Below the pieces are notes generated by a model. It ran no database searches. It was not told the DNA's origin and was given only the letters and a program-made list of their open reading frames with translations. Position numbers and translations under genes: made by a program. This document shows positions 50,051 to 58,721 of a DNA stretch of 64,000 nt, in pieces. The first letter of the stretch is position 1. Every line of letters begins with the position of its first letter. The DNA is from an uncultured Flavobacterium sp. (GTDB taxonomy: Bacteria; Bacteroidota; Bacteroidia; Flavobacteriales; Flavobacteriaceae), in contig NZ_CALTYA010000002.1 of the NCBI RefSeq assembly GCF_943913405.1, positions 43,820-107,819 on the forward strand, read 5' to 3'.

Positions 50051-52075
50051 ATGATTGAAGCACAAGTTATAATCTCAATCCCAGAAGGAAAAGTACGCGA
50101 TTACATAGATGGAACTATACGAATCGACAGTCCCGAAGAATATGTGAGGCAAACTGTAGAAAAAAGGCTGATTAATGAACATAAATACAACAAAGAAAGA
50201 ATTCTTATTGAATATAATGTTCAAATGGGCTCAGGAAAAAAAAGAGCTGACATAGTAATTTTTCCCGACAAGTTAAGTACCGAAGAGATGAAAGACCAAC
50301 ACAACGTTTGGTTGGTAATTGAGTGCAAAAAAGAAGCCGTTAAGCCTACAGATAAAAATAATGGTGTAGAACAAATGAAATCGTATATGTCAGCCTGCGG
50401 AAATTGCGAATGGGGCATGTGGACCAACGGCTTACACAAAGAAGTTTGGCGAAAAACGAAAAATGAAAAAGGGAAATATATATATGAAGAATACAATGAT
50501 ATTCCTTCTTCGGACGGAACTACTGACGAAAATGAAAGACCGAATAGAAATACTTTAAAGAAAGCATTTGATGACAACTTGCTTTTCACATTCAAGACCT
50601 GTCATAACATAATATATGCATACGAAGGCATGCAGAAACAACCAGCCTTCTTTGAATTTTTAAAGCTAATATTTTGTAAGATTCACGATGAAAAAAACTT
50701 ACTAAATCCAATTGATTTCTTCGCAACCTCCAAAGAGCGAAACTACAAAGATGGTCAAGCAACCGTATACAATAGAATATCTAAAATATTTGAAGAGGTT
50801 AAAAAAAGGCATGTACAAATTTTCGATAGTAGCGACGAAATCAAATTGACACCTCGCACATTAACGTACATTGTTGCTGAACTACAAAAATACGCCTTAT
50901 TAAGCACAAACATTGACATAAAAGGAAAAGCTTATGAAGAGCTTGTAGGAGCTAATCTAAGAGGTGATAGAGGGGAATTTTTCACACCTCGTAACGTTAT
51001 GCAAATGGCGGTTGACATGATTAATCCACAAAATCACGAAAAAATCTTAGATAGTAGCTGTGGCACAGGTGGTTTTATTGTTACTGCTATGAACTCAGTA
51101 ATCAGACGATTGACTTCTAAATTTGAAGAATTATATGGTGAAAACGTTGCATGGAGTGCTGATATTCAGAAAGCGTTCAACGACAAAATTTCAGAAATTG
51201 CAGCTGAAAACTTTTACGGTTTTGACATTAATCCAGACCTTGTTAAAGCCACCAAAATGAATATGGTCATGAATAACGACGGTAGTGGAAATATCCTACA
51301 GCTCAATACATTGCTTCCTCCTCAAGAATGGCCAGAAGAAACCAGAAAACTTTTAACTAGAGCTTTAGGAGTTAAATTAGGCGAAGTGATAAACCATAAA
51401 ACCATCGGTTTTTTTGACGTAATTGTAACTAATCCTCCATTCGGTTCAAAAATACCAATAAAGGACCCTCAAATATTAGAACAATTTGATTTGGGATATA
51501 TTTGGCAAAAAGGTCAAAATGGTGGCTGGATAAAGACGGACCGTCTTCAAACTAGTGTCCCTCCCGAGCAGTTGTTTATCGAGCGAATCGTACAGCTTTT
51601 GAAGGAGGGTGGAAGAACAGCGATAGTACTTCCAGACGGCATATTAGGTTCCCCTGGTTTAGAATATATAAGATATTGGATTATCCAAAAGACAAGAATT
51701 ATTTCAAGCATAGATTTGCATGCAGACGCTTTTCAACCTAGAAACGGAACTCAATGCTCAATTTTGTTTTTACAAAAAAAGACTCAAAACGAGATTGACC
51801 GTGAGGAAAAGTCACGAGAAATAATCGACTACAATATATTTATGTCAATGGTAGACCATATTGGACACGACAAACGTGGTAGCAAAATTTTCAAGAGAGA
51901 CAAATTAGGCAATATTTTAATTGTAGAAAAAGAAGGCCTTGTCAAGGAAAAAGATGCCTCTGGAAATTTAGTAGTGAGAAAAGAAATAACACAAGACAAG
52001 GTCGTCAACGACCAAACAGTTCATGTGGCTGAAATATTTTCTGAATGGAAAATTCAAGAAGGATTAGCATGGTAA
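50051..52075 (+). CDS. Fused restriction endonuclease (N-terminal PD-(D/E)xK, HsdR_N-like) / gamma-class N6-adenine DNA methyltransferase (BcgI-A-like RM subunit)
   Basis: N-terminal …RADIVIF…WLVIECKK… PD-(D/E)xK pattern. MTase motif I …ILDSSCGTGGFIV… and motif IV VTNPPFGSK. 674 aa, longer than a plain HsdM. Confidence 0.6.
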   Translation: MIEAQVIISIPEGKVRDYIDGTIRIDSPEEYVRQTVEKRLINEHKYNKERILIEYNVQMGSGKKRADIVIFPDKLSTEEMKDQHNVWLVIECKKEAVKPTDKNNGVEQMKSYMSACGNCEWGMWTNGLHKEVWRKTKNEKGKYIYEEYNDIPSSDGTTDENERPNRNTLKKAFDDNLLFTFKTCHNIIYAYEGMQKQPAFFEFLKLIFCKIHDEKNLLNPIDFFATSKERNYKDGQATVYNRISKIFEEVKKRHVQIFDSSDEIKLTPRTLTYIVAELQKYALLSTNIDIKGKAYEELVGANLRGDRGEFFTPRNVMQMAVDMINPQNHEKILDSSCGTGGFIVTAMNSVIRRLTSKFEELYGENVAWSADIQKAFNDKISEIAAENFYGFDINPDLVKATKMNMVMNNDGSGNILQLNTLLPPQEWPEETRKLLTRALGVKLGEVINHKTIGFFDVIVTNPPFGSKIPIKDPQILEQFDLGYIWQKGQNGGWIKTDRLQTSVPPEQLFIERIVQLLKEGGRTAIVLPDGILGSPGLEYIRYWIIQKTRIISSIDLHADAFQPRNGTQCSILFLQKKTQNEIDREEKSREIIDYNIFMSMVDHIGHDKRGSKIFKRDKLGNILIVEKEGLVKEKDASGNLVVRKEITQDKVVNDQTVHVAEIFSEWKIQEGLAW

Positions 52076-53547
52076 GAGGTAATAACGCGCGGAAGCTTGA
52101 CATTTTTAATGAAGGAGAAAAGGACTACACTTTTTTGCCCGAAAGGCTCAAATTCACCTCAATTTCTCTACAGGATGTGTTAAATAATAAGACTCGATTT
52201 GAAGCATCAGCGTTTAATATCGATGCAAAAACTGCCGTAAATAAAGTTAAAGAAAGCAAATATGGGTACGTAAATTTGTGGAGCAAGGATGGTCTTGTAG
52301 AACACGCTTATTATCCTGGTCGATTCAAAAGAATATATGTGCCTAAGGGTGAAGGGAAGGCGTTTTTTCTACCGTCACAGCTAACAGAAATAAATCCTAA
52401 ACCGACCAAATATATATCACCAAAAACATACAAAACATTAAAAGGCATCGAAATTGAACCCAATAACCTATTATTAACTCGCTCAGGAACTATAGGAAAA
52501 TGTTCAATTTCTTCGAAATCTAACGTAGGACAATTATACTCAGATGATGTCATAAGAGTCGCTTTTAGGTCTGTCTTTGATGTTGGATATACTTACGCAT
52601 TTCTCAACACTAAGGAAGGGCAACAGATACTACAAACTAACAATTATGGAGCTGTAGTAAAACATATTGAGCCAGAACACTTAGAGAGCGTGATAATACC
52701 TAATGCACCAGATGCAATAAAGAGAGAAATTCATCAGCTAATAACAGAATCCTTTGAGCTCAGGGATAAATCAAACGAACTTATAAATAGAGCAGAATCC
52801 ATTTTGTATAATGAATTGCAGTTACCAGAAATTCAAGATTTGAAACCCGAATATTTAACAAAATCTTCTGGTATTAGGAATTTCAAAACCAATCTTAGAA
52901 ATTTAAGATTTCGACTAGATTGTTCGTATCACCTGCCAATTGTTAAGATGGTGGAAGACGCAATTTCATTACACGCTAAAGAAATTACTACTATTGAAGA
53001 TGTTTCCCAAAGGGTCATCCTCGCTGGTGTATTTAAAAGAACTTACGTAGACAGCGATAATGGGGTAGCTTTTCTAGGAGGGCGCGATATAACTCAGTTA
53101 AATCCAAAGGTGGAAAAATTTCTTTCCCGCGCTGTCCATCATGAAAGAATAAAAAAAGAGTTAGAGGTTTTTGAAAACTATGTTTTAATTTCAGACAGAG
53201 GTACTATTGGAAAAGTTCAAATTGTTCCTCAGCACTGGTCGGGTTGGACCGTATCTCAAAACGTAATTAAAATTGTTCCGCTAACTGACGATATTGCTGG
53301 ATATCTTTATTGCTTTCTTAGCTCGGATTATGGTCAGGTTTTAATAAAAAGAGAAACTTATGGGTCAGTAGTGGATATGATAGACAACAAAAATGTAAAT
53401 GGAATCCATATTCCATTATTAAAAAATGAAAAAAAACAAAAGGAAATTAATGACCTGGTTTTAAAAGCGAACAAAATTCGTTATCAGGCTTTTCTAAAAG
53501 AAGAAAAAGCTACAGGTAAAATGCAAGCAATCCTTAATAACGACTAG
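52070..53547 (+). CDS. Restriction-modification specificity (S) subunit with two target-recognition domains
   Basis: Two HsdS-like TRD cores (…LLTRSGTIGKCSI… and …VLISDRGTIGKVQIV…) separated by a central conserved helix, plus a C-terminal coiled region. The ATG overlaps the upstream stop (ATGGTAA), suggesting translational coupling. Confidence 0.6.
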
Positions 53548-53997
53548 AAAACAATCTTTAACCCCCCGCTCTTTGACTACCTTTGTGTCAATTTTCGGGG
53601 GCTTAATTTCCCTATTAGGAAACATTTTGACGCTTAACTAGCACGTTAACGATTTGATTTTAGACCGAAATATGTTAAATTTAAGGCTTTTATTAGAAAC
53701 AAAAACATACACTCCCTCCCTGCCAACATAATTTAAAGACTTGAAGACAATCGTAGCTTTTCAAGTATCCTCTCTTACAATAGCAAAAATAACTTTGTCG
53801 TTTTGAATCCAATCGGATATTTATAAAAATAGGCTTTAAATTTTTTAGAGTTTTTATCTGATTAATGGACATTTGTCTCTTTGGTAAATTACAAAAAAGC
53901 AACCTCTAAGACTTGCAATGTGAGCGTTTTATGCGTATTTTTGCATTGTACCTCCAAAAGATAACAAGAGCACCTTGAATGGGATTGGTGCACCCAA

Positions 53998-54672
53998 TTG
54001 AAATTAATGATTTTTAAAGAGTATTTAACCACTCAAGAGTTTGCTAATATTGCAGGAATAACTGCAAAGACAACAGGGCGACTTAAAAAAGAGATTCTAG
54101 ATGAGAATCCAAACACTGCTAAAATAAAGAGCGCGAAGAAACCTCACAAATTTCATCACAGCCTATTAAAGCGTTACCTCTCTCCAGAGATTTATTCCGT
54201 ATTTCTAGAAAACAGAAGCTTGCGAAACACAATACAGTGTTTGAGAAGAACAGACAGTTTGGGATACAAACTGTTCCAAATGGATTGGACTTTTTGGTGC
54301 ACGGTTGCGTATAAAGATGAATTTACAACAGAACAATGCAGAACAAAAATGGATTCATTTTATCAGCATCTCGTTAACAAGTTTGGAGAAGAAACAGATT
54401 TACGAATGTATTACACAACAGAATCATTTAACACACGCCAAGGTAATCACAATCATTTCCTATTAAATGCTTCCGCCGCAAAATTACATTACATTATTAA
54501 GCAAGAACTTCAAAATTATTTACACGGCAATAGTATAGACGTAAAAAATTACGATGAAAGTTTGCCGTGCATCTTCTACTCCGAAAAAGAAGGCCTGCAA
54601 GGAACCGCTTGGGATATTTGGGGAAATAATTTGAAAAATGACGGTCTTAAATATGAGAATCAAAGTAACTGA
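53998..54672 (+). CDS. Hypothetical island protein with N-terminal HTH
   Basis: …LTTQEFANIAGITAKTTGRL… HTH-like region. Function unknown. Confidence 0.4.
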   Translation: MKLMIFKEYLTTQEFANIAGITAKTTGRLKKEILDENPNTAKIKSAKKPHKFHHSLLKRYLSPEIYSVFLENRSLRNTIQCLRRTDSLGYKLFQMDWTFWCTVAYKDEFTTEQCRTKMDSFYQHLVNKFGEETDLRMYYTTESFNTRQGNHNHFLLNASAAKLHYIIKQELQNYLHGNSIDVKNYDESLPCIFYSEKEGLQGTAWDIWGNNLKNDGLKYENQSN

Positions 54673-54795
54673 ACGACAGTTTAAAATGCTTGTTGATAAT
54701 CTTCATTGGTTGCCACCAAATATAACACTACAAGCTCGTGCAAAAGTTTTTAAAAGAATTTATGGAATTAGCAAAAATGATGAGGTCTGACGACC

Positions 54796-55047
54796 TCATT
54801 TTTTATTCTCGCCTGCAAACACAATACCATTCAGAATCTCCGATGCCGTAACATCCAGAGCATTGCAAATCCTCAACAACAAAGGAACCGTAATACTTTG
54901 TTCATTCTTAAATATCCTCCTTATGGTTGATTCCCGACAGTCACTTGCACGTGCAAAAGCAGACTTATTATTGTCGTACTTAATCAAGAACCGACGATAA
55001 ATCTCAGCAGCTAGAATCTTTTCAAGTTCATCCATTTGGTTTTGCAT
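54796..55047 (-). CDS. XRE-family helix-turn-helix transcriptional regulator
   Basis: 83 aa. …NKSAFARASDCRESTIRRIFKNEQSITVPLLLRICNALDVTASEIL… is a classic Cro/CI-type HTH. Confidence 0.6.
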   Translation of the reverse strand: MQNQMDELEKILAAEIYRRFLIKYDNNKSAFARASDCRESTIRRIFKNEQSITVPLLLRICNALDVTASEILNGIVFAGENKK

Positions 55048-55138
55048 GAGACAAAGAAAACAAACACTAAATGCAAAATTTTCTTTACACTTCGCCTTAT
55101 AAGGCGAATTTTATTATATTTACCATCTAACTTAAAAA

Positions 55139-55636
55139 ATGACAAAAATGGCACGGAAAAAAAAGAGAATCGGAACAATACTACTTTCATGCGGGATGTT
55201 TACTTTGGTTATTCTTGCTCTGATTATAGAATGTAACGACTACGACAAGGAAAGCCCAAGTGGAAGTTCAAATCCTTTCGGATGCTCAACAATGAAAAAC
55301 TGGTCATCAGACGAAGATGTTATAAATGCACTAAAAGGTACTTGGGTTATGGAAAATGAAGATTATTACGGAAAATATAAAATCCAATTTAGCGGTAGGA
55401 CAGCTTTCGCATGGAAAATGGAAGAAGGTGGTAACGAATGGAAAGATTATGGTAATTTATATTTTGAAGAGATTAAAAAATATGAACACGTGACAAAGAT
55501 GAATCAAGGTCCCGAATATTTGATTTCATTTAAATCTCCAATTGGCACGATGAAATTTGAAATCAATTGCATCGGTGGACTTGTCATGCCTTCCGATAGA
55601 TATAAAAATTACGGAATTGCATTTATCAAACAATAG
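55139..55636 (+). CDS. Hypothetical lipoprotein/membrane-anchored protein (island cargo)
   Basis: N-terminal basic region, then hydrophobic segment with Cys (…ALIIECNDYD…). Confidence 0.4.
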   Translation: MTKMARKKKRIGTILLSCGMFTLVILALIIECNDYDKESPSGSSNPFGCSTMKNWSSDEDVINALKGTWVMENEDYYGKYKIQFSGRTAFAWKMEEGGNEWKDYGNLYFEEIKKYEHVTKMNQGPEYLISFKSPIGTMKFEINCIGGLVMPSDRYKNYGIAFIKQ

Positions 55637-55772
55637 GTACTTGTCATACGTTCTTAAATTGTGTATATTTGAAATAATCTGATACACGGCAAGAATTGGC
55701 TAAAACGATTTTTCAAGGTTACAGCCCCGCGCACAGGGTTTGGTTCAGAGAGGGCGGTAATTACATACAAAC

Positions 55773-55940
55773 ATGAATTACGTAGACAGTCGCGAAGCTA
55801 TGAGAATTTTAAGCATAAAGAGCAAAACGACATTAGCAAAACTCGAACGAGAAGGAAATCTAAAAGTAAGCAGATTTCTCGGAAGCAATCGCAAGAGATA
55901 CAAGATTTCCGATTTAGAGAAAGTATTAAGAGGATAAAAT
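55773..55940 (+). CDS. Small excisionase/AlpA-like HTH DNA-binding protein (55 aa, not in the supplied ORF track)
   Basis: Translated by hand: MNYVDSREAMRILSIKSKTTLAKLEREGNLKVSRFLGSNRKRYKISDLEKVLRG. Excisionase-type HTH pattern (…ILSISKSTL…LEREG…) next to the right attachment site and tRNA. Confidence 0.4.
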
Positions 55941-56063
55941 TAAAGGATGGTCAAAATGACCATCCTTTTTTATTAGGTAGCACATTATTCTGCCGTAAAT
56001 TCTGCTGTAAACAAAAAACCCTTGAGTATCAAATTGACAATCAAGGGATTAATTAATTCTGAG

Positions 56064-56137
56064 TGGTCCCACCTGGGCTCGAACCAGGGACCACCTGATT
56101 ATGAGTCAGGTGCTCTAACCAGCTGAGCTATAGGACC
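56064..56137 (-). tRNA. tRNA with CAT anticodon (elongator tRNA-Met, or tRNA-Ile2 if lysidine-modified); 74 nt, CCA not encoded
   Basis: The reverse complement folds as a canonical cloverleaf with acceptor GGTCCTA/TGGGACC, D-arm GCTC…GAGC, anticodon stem CCTGA/TCAGG with loop CTCATAA, and T-arm CCTGG-TTCGAGC-CCAGG. The 1:72 pair is G:C, so it is not an initiator. Confidence 0.8.
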
Positions 56138-56237
56138 GGTTTAGAGGATGCAATATTACTACTAATTTTTCTTCACTCCAAATGTTTTTGGGATAGATTT
56201 TCTAAAAAGAGTAAAGTATTGCTTTGAAAATCGCTAT

Positions 56238-56639
56238 CTATTTGATTTCTTGGCACAATTCAATCAAAACGCCGTTGGTTCCTTTTGGATGCAAAAAAGC
56301 TACGAGTTTGTTATCAGCTCCTTTTTTTGGCGTTTCATTTAAAACTGTGAAACCTTCTGATTGCAATCTTTTTATTTCTGAAACGATATCTTCTACATCA
56401 AAAGCAATGTGGTGGATTCCTTCGCCTTTTTTTTCTAAGAACTTAGCAATCGGGCTTTCTGGATTAGTAGCTTCCAAAAGCTCAATTTTATTGGGACCGT
56501 TCATGAAAAATGAAGTTTTAACGCCTTCGCTTTCTACTTCTTCCTGTTTGTATGGCGGTGCCCCGAAGAGTTTTTCGAAGAGATTGTTTGATGTTTCTAA
56601 ATCTTTTACGGCAATGCCGATGTGTTCTATTTTTCTCAT
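56238..56639 (-). CDS. mce: Methylmalonyl-CoA epimerase (VOC/glyoxalase family)
   Basis: …IEHIGIAVKDLE…GEGIHHIAFDVEDI… paired βαβββ VOC modules. 133 aa. Confidence 0.7.
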   Translation of the reverse strand: MRKIEHIGIAVKDLETSNNLFEKLFGAPPYKQEEVESEGVKTSFFMNGPNKIELLEATNPESPIAKFLEKKGEGIHHIAFDVEDIVSEIKRLQSEGFTVLNETPKKGADNKLVAFLHPKGTNGVLIELCQEIK

Positions 56640-56763
56640 TATTTTAAGGTGCTAAGCGCAAAGGCACTAAGTTGCTAAGATTTGAATGATTATTTATAAT
56701 GTTTCGACAACGGTTGTAAGCGTTTAAAAGAAGCCTGAAAGTTTGAAAATAGCCCTGATGCTT

Positions 56764-56779
56764 TCCCGAAATTTCGGGA
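56764..56779. promoter_or_regulatory. Perfect 16-bp palindrome TCCCGAAATTTCGGGA in the mce / rbfA divergent intergenic region
   Basis: Exact self-complementarity. A 15-bp tandem direct repeat ACTTTCGACTTTAA(G/A) ×2 follows at 56915-56944, just upstream of rbfA. Confidence 0.3.
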
Positions 56780-56959
56780 TTTGAGCTCTTAAACCTGTGA
56801 CCAAATCGGTTTAAAGCGAGTTGCTGTAGCGGGAATTTCATTTAAAAATGCCTTTTGTTTGGCTTCTAATCATTTGAAACAAATATAAAATTTTATTGCT
56901 TAACCCACTTTCAAACTTTCGACTTTAAGACTTTCGACTTTAAATCGTATTTTTGCAAA

Positions 56960-57352
56960 ATGGAAACAAATAGACAGAAAAAAATAGGAAGTGTTCTGCA
57001 AAATGATTTGGTAGATATTCTTCAGGGAGAAGTGAGAAAAAACGGAATTTCAAATTTGATTATTTCGGTTTCTAAAGTGAATGTGACTTCAGATTTGTCA
57101 GTGGCTTCGGTGCATTTGAGTATTTTCCCGACGGAAAGAGCAGCTGAAATATTGGCTGCAATTAAAACAAATACGCCATTGATAAAACATGATTTGTCAC
57201 AGAGAGTGCGCCTGCAATTGCGAAAAGTTCCGAACTTGATGTTCTTCATTGATGACTCTTTGGACTATATCGAAAAGATTGACAAAGCTTTGGAAGGAAA
57301 AGAAAATCCGATTGAAAACCGCGATTTATTAGAAAAAAGAAGAAAAGCGTAA
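56960..57352 (+). CDS. rbfA: Ribosome-binding factor A
   Basis: KH-like RbfA fold length. …RVRLQLRKVPNLMFFIDDSLDY… is a conserved RbfA motif. Confidence 0.8.
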   Translation: METNRQKKIGSVLQNDLVDILQGEVRKNGISNLIISVSKVNVTSDLSVASVHLSIFPTERAAEILAAIKTNTPLIKHDLSQRVRLQLRKVPNLMFFIDDSLDYIEKIDKALEGKENPIENRDLLEKRRKA

Positions 57353-57353
57353 A

Positions 57354-58553
57354 TTGAATTTCCCATTTTACATAGCAAAACGCTACACCGTCAGTTTTAG
57401 CAAAAGCAGCGCCATTAATATCATTACTGGAATTGCCTCGCTTGGAATTATCGTCGGCGCGTGTGCTTTGTTTGTGGTGCTTTCGGTTTTCAGCGGCCTT
57501 AAGGATTTCAGCCTTTCGTTTTCGAATGACTTTGATCCAGACTTGAAAATGACAAGTATTTTAGGGAAATCCTTTTTTATTTCTCCAGATCAGGAAAAGG
57601 AAATCCGCAAAATTTCAGATATAAAAGCATTCAGCGGTATCATTGAAGAGCGTGTTCTTTTTTTATATGAAGGCAAGGAAGCCGTGACTTATTTAAAAGG
57701 AATTGACAGCAATTATGTCAATGTAAACGGTGCTGAAAAAAGCCTTTACACGGGACAATGGCTGGAGCCAAATTCACCGCAAGTAGTTTTAGGCTATGGC
57801 ATTTCAACAAAATTGTCGCTCGGCGCTTTGAGTTTCAACAATCCGCTGGAAGTTTATGTCCCGAAAGCTGGAAAAGGTGAAATTACCAATGCCGAGCAAG
57901 CTTTTAACAAGTCGGTTGTTCTGCCTGTCGGAGTTTATGCCGTAAGCGAAGAATTAGACGGCAAGTATGTTTTCTCAGATTTGAAATTGGCGCAGGAACT
58001 TTTGCAATACAAAACCAACCAGGTTTCAGGAATCGAGTTCAAATTAAATCCAGAAGCCGACCAAAGTGCCGTTGCAGATAAATTGAAAGCAATTTTCAAC
58101 AATAAAGTCACGCTTAAAACACGTGCCGAGCTGAACGATTCGCTTTACAAAATGCTAAATACTGAACAGACTGCAATCTATCTCATCTTTACTTTGGTCA
58201 TCATCTTGACGCTTTTCACTTTGGCCGGAGCCATTATTATGCTGATTATTGACAAGAAAAACAACCTTTCTACCTTATACAATCTTGGCGTTGAAATAAA
58301 AGAGCTCCGCAAAATATTCTTACTTCAAGGTTCGATATTGACAATTGTCGGTGGCTTTATCGGAATGATTTTAGGAACAGTCATAGTGCTTTTGCAACAG
58401 CATTATTCGCTTGTGATGATTACGCCTTCGATGCCTTATCCGGTAATTTTCAACATTGAAAACATTCTGATTGTTTTAGCCACCATTTTTACACTTGGAA
58501 TTATTTCTTCGTTAATTGCCTCAAGCAGAGTTTCTAAAAAACTATTGGAATAG
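57354..58553 (+). CDS. FtsX-like ABC transporter permease (LolE/MacB-type)
   Basis: N-terminal TM segment, large periplasmic domain, three C-terminal TM segments. Conserved rbfA-permease synteny. Confidence 0.65.
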   Translation: MNFPFYIAKRYTVSFSKSSAINIITGIASLGIIVGACALFVVLSVFSGLKDFSLSFSNDFDPDLKMTSILGKSFFISPDQEKEIRKISDIKAFSGIIEERVLFLYEGKEAVTYLKGIDSNYVNVNGAEKSLYTGQWLEPNSPQVVLGYGISTKLSLGALSFNNPLEVYVPKAGKGEITNAEQAFNKSVVLPVGVYAVSEELDGKYVFSDLKLAQELLQYKTNQVSGIEFKLNPEADQSAVADKLKAIFNNKVTLKTRAELNDSLYKMLNTEQTAIYLIFTLVIILTLFTLAGAIIMLIIDKKNNLSTLYNLGVEIKELRKIFLLQGSILTIVGGFIGMILGTVIVLLQQHYSLVMITPSMPYPVIFNIENILIVLATIFTLGIISSLIASSRVSKKLLE

Positions 58554-58721
58554 AATTTTTTTGTTCTTTAAAAAATAATTATACATTTGCCTTCCAATAC
58601 TTTAGCCTTATGATTGTTTTTGTTCAGGCCTAACACTTTTTTAGGTCATCTTGATTAAATTCTTTTTTACGCTGTCGCGGAAGTGAAGCAGGCGTCCCCA
58701 ATTTTTTACATTTATCAAATC

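Larger units (their letters stand above)
47987..56075. mobile_element. ~8.1-kb integrative genomic island inserted at the 3' end of tRNA(CAT); bounded by a 13-bp direct repeat GTGGTCCCACCTG
   Basis: The direct repeat at 47987-47999 duplicates 56063-56075 (tRNA 3' end). TTCTGCCGTA direct repeats lie inside both ends (48127-48148; 55988-56010). The island carries a tyrosine integrase, an excisionase-like HTH gene and a restriction-modification system. Confidence 0.55.

Noticed and set aside
55036-55236. 66-aa ORF overlapping the XRE gene end and the lipoprotein gene start
   Set aside because: It overlaps two better-supported genes, and its product reads as translated AT-rich intergenic sequence.
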